Source: a virus
Length of the DNA stretch: 64,000 nucleotides
Reading direction: 5' to 3' (one strand)
Virus record (IMG/VR): IMGVR_UViG_3300018077_000007
Location: 20,524-84,523 of that record
Made by a program: the position numbers and the translations under genes. The notes under the pieces were generated by a model. It did not search any database and was not told the DNA's origin. It saw nothing but the letters and a program-made list of their open reading frames with translations. Below are positions 57,876 to 64,000 of this stretch, one piece after another (position 1 is the first letter of the stretch; the number at the start of each line of letters is the position of its first letter).

Positions 57876-58002
57876 TGAACACGGTTCCTGGGCGCCGCGC
57901 GAAGAGGACTTGGATCCCGCCATTCGGCAGCGCGAGCGACGCCAAATCCTATTGAAGTGTGCTGGTTACCGGCGCGCCCGACGACGCACAGGGCCGACAT
58001 GA
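57829..58002 (+). CDS. 57-aa ORF whose start is supplied by the IS right end
   Basis: GGAGGAGGAG RBS; MSEIGKPRSLDQGAVT-EHGSWAPREEDLDPAIRQRERRQ; ATGA overlap with next gene. Confidence 0.45.
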   Translation: MSEIGKPRSLDQGAVTEHGSWAPREEDLDPAIRQRERRQILLKCAGYRRARRRTGPT

Positions 58003-58646
58003 TTCAACACAAACATTGGCAGTTCGAACGAGAAGAAGATCTCGACGAGTGTCTTCGGCAACGGGCGCAGGGCGGGTTTGCCGAGAACCTTGAAACATGC
58101 GAATTAGTTCAACTCGCCGACTCGTTGCAGCGGTGGGCGAAGACCGGGCACAAAAACCTACCGGAGTATCTCGAATCCGTCTGCGGGTTGAACTATAGAT
58201 CTCTGCGTCGCTATCTGAGCATTGTGGAGGCACTGGCCACGGTCGGGGAGCCACTCAGGAAGGCCGTGCGGGATCTGCTCTTGGCAATGGGGGCGAAGAA
58301 GGCCAGCATTCTGGCACCGTGGATCGAGGAGCAGGGCGAGGCGGTGACGGTGGAGGCCGTCGCGGCGTGGGCCGAGCAGGCGGCGGGCATGACCGAGGCG
58401 GCGTTTCAGGAAGCGGTGACCACGGCGCGCGGGGCGAAGCCCCGGGGGGCGGCAGGCGACGCCGAGGCGCAGGTCTTGAAACTCCTGCTGTCCGTCGTGC
58501 CTCCCGAACGATATGCGTGGGCCGAGCGGGTCTACCGGATGGCCGCGCGGGTGGCTGAGACGACGAACCCGATCTATGCGTATCTGGTGGCCTTGGAGTT
58601 GCTCGCGCAGGACTTGGCGCACCAGGGGCATCCGGTGGAGGGATAA
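57999..58646 (+). CDS. Hypothetical helical protein
   Basis: MIQHKHWQFEREEDLDECLRQR..; possible HTH LNYRSLRRYL. Confidence 0.65.
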   Translation: MIQHKHWQFEREEDLDECLRQRAQGGFAENLETCELVQLADSLQRWAKTGHKNLPEYLESVCGLNYRSLRRYLSIVEALATVGEPLRKAVRDLLLAMGAKKASILAPWIEEQGEAVTVEAVAAWAEQAAGMTEAAFQEAVTTARGAKPRGAAGDAEAQVLKLLLSVVPPERYAWAERVYRMAARVAETTNPIYAYLVALELLAQDLAHQGHPVEG

Positions 58647-58687
58647 CCTGTGTTCGTCGGCGGGGCTGGCCAAGGAGAACAGGGGCA

Positions 58688-59062
58688 ATGACACCTGACC
58701 AATCGCCCGTAAACAAAGCGCTTGAGCTTTTGCAAACATTGGCGGATAAAGTTGGACGGACGACGGCGGAGCTCTGGCCGGAGATGGTACGGGCGCACAA
58801 GATTCGAGCGCTCGGCGATTTTGCCGCTGCCGTGCTGCTGGCACTCATCGGGGGGATGCTGGTCGGGCTCGCGTATTCACAGCCATGGATGATGTACACA
58901 GGAGGCATTGTTGACCCAACGCGCTGGATGTGGTTGGGAATCGGGTCATTGTTCCTCTTGTTTGTCGGTGTGGTCGCCGTGGTGGCGACATTGCCACAAG
59001 CTCTCACGGTCCTCTCGGCCGCCACCGGAGATTTAGCCAAGCACCTGCTCGAAAGGAAATGA
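58688..59062 (+). CDS. Two-TM membrane protein
   Basis: LADKVGRTTAELWPEMV plus two TM helices. Confidence 0.7.
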   Translation: MTPDQSPVNKALELLQTLADKVGRTTAELWPEMVRAHKIRALGDFAAAVLLALIGGMLVGLAYSQPWMMYTGGIVDPTRWMWLGIGSLFLLFVGVVAVVATLPQALTVLSAATGDLAKHLLERK

Positions 59063-59081
59063 GGTTTTGGAGGAAAGGAGA

Positions 59082-59798
59082 ATGGAAATGCCGCCCGATC
59101 CCTGTGTATGGACCACGTTCGCGTGGGTAAATTATGGGTTGTGCATTGACCCGGCCCTCAGTGCGGACAGGCAGCGCAAAGCGAGGAAAGCGCACGACTT
59201 AGTTGTGCAGTATTTAGGCCAGCACCCCGAACTCGTCCCTCGCTACAACCATTTCTCGGATCGCATCCGGTTCCCCGAGCGTGACTTGCTCTATTTTGAT
59301 GTGCTGGCACTGGCCCAAGCTAAGCAGAAAAGGTCTCCGGTATGTTTTTCCGGCGCCGGTGGTGCCGATCCTGAGCGATGCGGGATGGGTAGCGGTCCTG
59401 GGGATCGCCCGGTGCCGGAAATTGATCTAGCCCGATGCGCTTCGGCAGCGGGCGGTGCAGATCCGAAACCCCTGAGGCGAACGATGACACGTGCGGCACG
59501 CGAGGCGTTGATCCAGGCGGCCCTTGACGGGGTTCCGCAACTGATCGGGAGGTTGTTCGACGGTCGGGGCGGCTATTGCGCCCTCGGAGTCCTAGAGAAG
59601 CTCAGCGACGAACAGACGGGGCTCTCCACCCCCGTCAACGCCTGCCCGATCTGTGGAGCGACGGAGGAAACCTATCACAACGGTTACGAAATTAGGAATG
59701 AAGGCGCGCTGCTTGTCCACTACAATAACGACCACCTCTTCGACTTTCTGACCTGTGCCAACAAAATGCCCGTGTCGGAGGAGGCGGCAGATGCCTAA
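59082..59798 (+). CDS. Hypothetical protein (may be two fused ORFs)
   Basis: AAGGAG RBS; C-terminal YCALGVL..NND..F domain. Confidence 0.5.
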   Translation: MEMPPDPCVWTTFAWVNYGLCIDPALSADRQRKARKAHDLVVQYLGQHPELVPRYNHFSDRIRFPERDLLYFDVLALAQAKQKRSPVCFSGAGGADPERCGMGSGPGDRPVPEIDLARCASAAGGADPKPLRRTMTRAAREALIQAALDGVPQLIGRLFDGRGGYCALGVLEKLSDEQTGLSTPVNACPICGATEETYHNGYEIRNEGALLVHYNNDHLFDFLTCANKMPVSEEAADA

Positions 59799-59904
59799 CC
59801 AGATCATCCAGCTTCAGCCCTGGCGCGACAGGCTGCTTGGCCTGACCGAGGATGGCGAAATCTACCGCCTCCGAGATAAAAATGAACAAACAGCGGCTGT
59901 GTAA
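59791..59904 (+). CDS. Short ORF, possibly truncated by the HNH gene
   Basis: GGAGGAGG RBS; MPNQIIQLQPWRDRLLGLTEDGEIYRL. Confidence 0.45.
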   Translation: MPNQIIQLQPWRDRLLGLTEDGEIYRLRDKNEQTAAV

Positions 59905-60979
59905 AGGTGGGCACCCTTATGCGCCCATGCGGTCTCGTCGGGGATGGCTTCGCTGTCGGATGTGCCACAATGCACGCGGGCGCTCGCTTAATGCTCGACG
60001 GCGCTTAGAAAAGCTCGCCCGATATGGCACAAGTGACCGGCGGACTTTGCGCCGAAAACAGACCGGCGTTCTTAAGTGTGAACGATGCGGCGAAATGTTT
60101 CACCGCCGGGTATCCGAGCGACCGTATGCCTTTGCGCGTCGCCGCTTTTGTTCATGGCGGTGTTTCAAGTTAACTCCTCAGCCACCTCGCCCGCGCACAG
60201 CACTCGTTATTCAGCATCCATGCCGACAATGCGGGAAACTCACAGACAACAAGGCATCTTTTTGTTCCCGAGCGTGTTGGGCTCTTCGACCAGTCAAACC
60301 GAAAAGAAACTGTGCGGTCTGTGGTCAACCCTGTAAATCTTCCAGTGCAAATACCTGTTCACGAGATTGTCAAAAGCTGAGGACCAGAAAACAGAGAGCG
60401 TGTCAGCATTGCGGCATGGTATTTTGGGTGCACAACTCTTCGTTAAGGCGGGGCGGAGGAACATTTTGCGGTTTATCGTGCTACAGCGCAGTACGCGGTC
60501 AACGCCCGAGTTTCATGGAGGCGGTGTGCGATCAATGCGGGAAGCCATTTCGTCGGACCCGGGCGGCGCTCATGCGTAATAAAAAGGCGGTGTTTTGCAG
60601 TCCCCTATGCTTCCGTGAGTATTTTCAGGGTCCCCGTCATAGCGCATATCGTCCCGGTGAGGGTCGCCACGGGGTTTATATTGCCGGATGGCAGAAATTA
60701 TCTGAGCAAGTCCGAGAGCGTGACAGCCATTGCTGCCAACGATGTGGGAAACCGGAAATGGAGAATGGGGTAAAACTGTCTGTAGATCATATAATCCCGT
60801 GGCGAGTATTCGAGGAGAATGAAAAGAATCTAGCCAATGATCCTAAAAATCTCGTGAGCCTCTGTCGGAATTGTCATGGGTGGAAAACCAGCCGAGCGGA
60901 AAGCCGTTGGCTAAGAGGCGACGTTGTCGATTTTAAACAATATGAAAGGGCGATTGCCCTTCCGACCGCTTCTAGGTAG
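59882..60979 (+). CDS. HNH endonuclease with multiple CxxCG..FCSxxC zinc fingers
   Basis: Repeated CxxCGxxF..FCS; VRERDSHCCQRCG..VDHIIP..NLVSLCRNCH; lower GC. Confidence 0.9.
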   Translation: MNKQRLCKGGHPYAPMRSRRGWLRCRMCHNARGRSLNARRRLEKLARYGTSDRRTLRRKQTGVLKCERCGEMFHRRVSERPYAFARRRFCSWRCFKLTPQPPRPRTALVIQHPCRQCGKLTDNKASFCSRACWALRPVKPKRNCAVCGQPCKSSSANTCSRDCQKLRTRKQRACQHCGMVFWVHNSSLRRGGGTFCGLSCYSAVRGQRPSFMEAVCDQCGKPFRRTRAALMRNKKAVFCSPLCFREYFQGPRHSAYRPGEGRHGVYIAGWQKLSEQVRERDSHCCQRCGKPEMENGVKLSVDHIIPWRVFEENEKNLANDPKNLVSLCRNCHGWKTSRAESRWLRGDVVDFKQYERAIALPTASR

Positions 60980-61120
60980 TCTGGCGTCAAACGTGCGCCG
61001 GAGGATAGCAAGGTTGAGTTTTTCGAGTGGCGAAAAAGGAGGTTTCTCAACGAGAACGAATTAGAAACAAACTTTTGTATCTAAATGCGACCGGACCTAA
61101 AAAGAAAGCGATGATGAATC

Positions 61121-61288
61121 ATGCCAGCTAAAAGCAAGACCCAACAAGCCCTGATGGCGATCTGCTCGCATTCGCCGCTCCATGCGAAAGGCGAGTGTCC
61201 GGCCAACATGACCAAGGAGCAGATGAAGGAGTACGCCCGGACCCCCGCCAAGAATCTCCCCGAGCGGAAGCGGCCCCCGAAGCGGTAA
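61121..61288 (+). CDS. Small basic protein (DUF3008-like)
   Basis: MPAKSKTQQALMA..MTKEQMKEYA.TP.KNLPERK. Confidence 0.7.
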   Translation: MPAKSKTQQALMAICSHSPLHAKGECPANMTKEQMKEYARTPAKNLPERKRPPKR

Positions 61289-61300
61289 GGGCGGTTGCGG

Positions 61301-61555
61301 ATGTTGATAATACGCCGGCCGTGGCTGATTCTCGGGATCGTGCTGCTTTGGGTCGGGACTGGACTGCTGGGGTTTGGCATTACCTTGGCCTCGTTCCAGC
61401 ACGACTTCCCCCTGATCGCCAAGGAGGATTGCGCCAGGCAACGCCGCGAGCTCGCCTTTCTGATTCTCGCTGGACCCGCCGGCCTCGTTCCGATCGGCTT
61501 GAGGGATATTCCCTTCGGCAGAGTTCAGTGGCGGTGCCCAGGACAGGCCCCATGA
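61301..61555 (+). CDS. Membrane protein
   Basis: Two hydrophobic segments. Confidence 0.55.
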   Translation: MLIIRRPWLILGIVLLWVGTGLLGFGITLASFQHDFPLIAKEDCARQRRELAFLILAGPAGLVPIGLRDIPFGRVQWRCPGQAP

Positions 61556-62106
61556 CGCTCCTGCGCTTCCCTGCCCACGAACCCGAGGGCGAACTGCCCA
61601 TCGTGCCCTTCGCGGACGCCGTGCGCCTGACGGTTCTGCGGGAACGGCTGGAGGGGCGCTTTGTCGCCCGGATTCACTGGGGGGTGGGGCCGGTGCCGCA
61701 CGGGGCCGTGGCGGTCGGCCTCGAACTGGACAACGGCGAGCGGTGGGCGTTCATGGCCCTGCCCAACCCTCCCGGGGGCTTCTACCGGACCACGATCCTG
61801 GAGCAGTGCATCCTGCCGCAGAAGATTTGGACCAAGAAAATGACCCGGCATTTCCGGCGGGGCCGGGCGCAGGCGGGCGAGCCTCCGGCGGACGAGATCC
61901 AGAAGCAGGTGGAGGATACCCTGATCCTGGGGGTGCTTCCGCAGGCCCCGACCGCCCAAGGGGATAAGCAGTTCATCCTCGAAGTCCGGGATGACGCTGG
62001 CCGCACCTACCCGGTCTGGTTCACGTCGGGCCGGTCGGAGCACGACCCGAGCTTTGCGGCCCTGGAAGTGCGGCCGGATCGCCATTCATGGCTGGTGCGG
62101 CCTTGA
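61552..62106 (+). CDS. Hypothetical protein
   Basis: ATGA overlap, GC3-rich codons. Confidence 0.6.
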   Translation: MTLLRFPAHEPEGELPIVPFADAVRLTVLRERLEGRFVARIHWGVGPVPHGAVAVGLELDNGERWAFMALPNPPGGFYRTTILEQCILPQKIWTKKMTRHFRRGRAQAGEPPADEIQKQVEDTLILGVLPQAPTAQGDKQFILEVRDDAGRTYPVWFTSGRSEHDPSFAALEVRPDRHSWLVRP

Positions 62107-62261
62107 ACGGGGGTCCTTGGTGAGACCGTGAGCTGCTGGATCTGGATCGCGGGAGCGGTGGCCAGCGGGGTGGTGGGCGTGGTGCTCGCCGTGGTCGGTC
62201 TGTGTCTCTTTGGTGAAAGTCTCCCCGAGGCCGATGACGCTGGCTGGAAACCGGACAGATC

Positions 62262-62549
62262 ATGGCGCAAGACTCCGTGACGGCGGCTCCAAACTGCCCC
62301 GCAGGGCAGAATCGTGGGGCTCTCTGGTGGCAGCGGTGGCAACGGGTGGCCGCCGAGTGCCCACGCCACGCCTCCGTCGAAGCGCACCGGCGCGGGGACT
62401 TCGCCCACGGGACGACGCCTTACGGAGCGGGTGTGGTGTGCGTCCAGAACGCCCAGATGGCGGTCGGGTGGATTCCGGGGTGGCGGCCAACCCTTCGCCA
62501 AGCGCTCGCGTGGGTTCGGGATCGGGGAGAAAAGGGGGAGAGACCGTGA
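62262..62549 (+). CDS. Hypothetical protein
   Basis: ORF in operon. Confidence 0.45.
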   Translation: MAQDSVTAAPNCPAGQNRGALWWQRWQRVAAECPRHASVEAHRRGDFAHGTTPYGAGVVCVQNAQMAVGWIPGWRPTLRQALAWVRDRGEKGERP

Positions 62550-62559
62550 GGCCCTCGCG

Positions 62560-63081
62560 ATGATCGCGGTTCGGTCTGACGATCCCCGCGCGTTTTACGT
62601 GCATCCACTCGGAACGCCGGAGATTGAAGGCCAAGTGGTGACGGATACCATTGTGATCGGCGCGCATGAGGCGGTGTGTATCACCGGGTTCCGCAAGGTC
62701 CCCCGAGACTGTGAGTGCGGAGCCGTGCGGCTGGCTCGCCTGACCGATCCTCCGTTCACCTCCGCCGAACTGCCAGCCCTGAAAATGGCGGCGCTCGCCG
62801 AGATTTCCTGGGATCACGCGGAGTGGACGGTGAAGCGCCAGCCGCAACGGGATACGCAGCTTTTTCCTTTGCTGTGGCCAGTCTACGGTTGGCACATTCG
62901 ACTGGAGTTGGCTGACCCTCGCCTCTCGTCCCCGCTGGTCAACGCCGTGGCCGTCCTGGGCACCTCGCCCGTCGAGCCTGGGTCAAGTTTCTTTGATGCG
63001 ATCCGTCGGCTCCGCACGTGGGCCGAGGAGGAAGTGCTCCGCCGGCTGGATTTGCTTCCGCCCGAGGAACCAGAGACGTGA
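62560..63081 (+). CDS. Hypothetical protein
   Basis: ORF in operon. Confidence 0.55.
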   Translation: MIAVRSDDPRAFYVHPLGTPEIEGQVVTDTIVIGAHEAVCITGFRKVPRDCECGAVRLARLTDPPFTSAELPALKMAALAEISWDHAEWTVKRQPQRDTQLFPLLWPVYGWHIRLELADPRLSSPLVNAVAVLGTSPVEPGSSFFDAIRRLRTWAEEEVLRRLDLLPPEEPET

Positions 63082-63485
63082 CATCGATGACGATTCCCCG
63101 TGGGCTAGTCGTCGCCAACGCCGGGTGCCCCTGCGCCTGCCCTGAATGCGGAGCCCCGAGTTTTATCGCGCATCCGGCTGGTTGTATGGTCGGTCAGGCT
63201 CACCCCCTGCCAGGTAGCGGTGCCATGACCGCCATCGCCTGCCCCGACAGCGAGGCGCACCGGGCGCGCTACTTTGCTTGGCGAGCGCGGGATGAACGCG
63301 ACCGGATCGCGGCCAGGACCCGGGCCAGGAACGTGCAGGCGTGGCTGGAGGCCGACGGGGATTTGGAGGCGCACGTGGACCCGGTGGCCGTGGCCGCCGC
63401 GTGCCGAAGCATTCGGCGGGCGTGTTGGGGGGTGCTGCTCCTCGCGCTCGGGCTCGGCGTTGCCGGGTGGCTTCGATGGGGATGA
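63078..63485 (+). CDS. Zinc-finger plus C-terminal TM protein
   Basis: GTGA overlap; CPECG; C-terminal TM. Confidence 0.55.
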   Translation: MTSMTIPRGLVVANAGCPCACPECGAPSFIAHPAGCMVGQAHPLPGSGAMTAIACPDSEAHRARYFAWRARDERDRIAARTRARNVQAWLEADGDLEAHVDPVAVAAACRSIRRACWGVLLLALGLGVAGWLRWG

Positions 63486-63630
63486 ATCGCCAGCGGGATG
63501 CTGCCCCGAAGGGCAACGGGAGTCCCGCCCACGGGTCGCCCGCTCGGTGTCAATGTCTGTATCACAAGTCGCTCCGGGCCGCACACGCCGCAGCCGACAA
63601 GGCGGTCAGGCCGACGAGACGGAGGACGCC

Positions 63631-63816
63631 ATGAACGCCGAATCGAAGATCGTGGTGGGGAGCGACAAGCGTCGCTGTTGGGGCGGGCTTCTTTTGCTGG
63701 TGATTTCTTTCGGGGGCTTAGGTGTTCTCATTTGGTTTCGGCGGCTGCGCGTGACGGTGGCCACGACCCGAACTCGTCCGGCAACGTGGCACACGGGGCG
63801 CGGGACCAACGGGTAG
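63631..63816 (+). CDS. Small TM protein
   Basis: GGAGG RBS; one TM helix. Confidence 0.5.
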   Translation: MNAESKIVVGSDKRRCWGGLLLLVISFGGLGVLIWFRRLRVTVATTRTRPATWHTGRGTNG

Positions 63817-63823
63817 CGACGAC

Positions 63824-64000
63824 GTGATTGAGATCAGCGACCGCGACTTGTTGCTCCCGCCCGGCTTCGAGCGCGCCCCCGCGTTCGCGCCGCGCTATAT
63901 TCCGTCCCCGACGGTGGAGCGGTTCTTGGCGGCCGTTACCACCGGCCCGGTGGACGTGATGCGGCTGATCGTGCTCATCTCCAGTCGGGGCGAGGGGAAA
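63824..64000 (+). CDS. Terminase large subunit, N-terminal fragment
   Basis: ..YIPSPTVERFL..RLIVLISSRGEGK (hydrophobic strand plus Walker A); expected position before portal/capsid genes. Confidence 0.65.
   Translation, partial: MIEISDRDLLLPPGFERAPAFAPRYIPSPTVERFLAAVTTGPVDVMRLIVLISSRGEGK

Noticed and set aside
1-64000. tRNA, rRNA, integrase or att sites
   Set aside because: None recognised by eye; lifestyle and host cannot be determined from this window

Overview
The window is most of a GC-rich, short-tailed dsDNA phage genome, almost all on the + strand. It runs from the 3' end of an N4-gp56-type major capsid gene (1-225) to the start of the terminase large subunit (63824 onward). In order it carries: a virion module unusually rich in signal-peptide proteins plus an O-antigen ligase/O-OTase-like gene; adaptor, nozzle, fibre and ejection proteins; a 4968-aa DarB-like polyvalent protein; a lysis module; recombination, DNA-modification and replication genes. 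Mobile elements include four free-standing HNH genes and two TnpA-less TnpB elements. The main finding is an RNA-guided TIGR-Tas-type locus. Sixteen perfectly phased 36-nt dual-repeat/dual-spacer units (55505-56085) run in frame, with no stop codon, into a nuclease-less Nop-domain protein (TasA-like), and a RuvC-rearranged TnpB element sits at that gene's stop codon. Other notable items are a structured-RNA plus HNH insertion splitting the holin gene (possible unclassified intron), two nested +1-frame genes in the giant protein, a protein-silent IS insertion, and two covarying pseudoknot-like leaders. All calls come from manual motif reading; no database searches were run.
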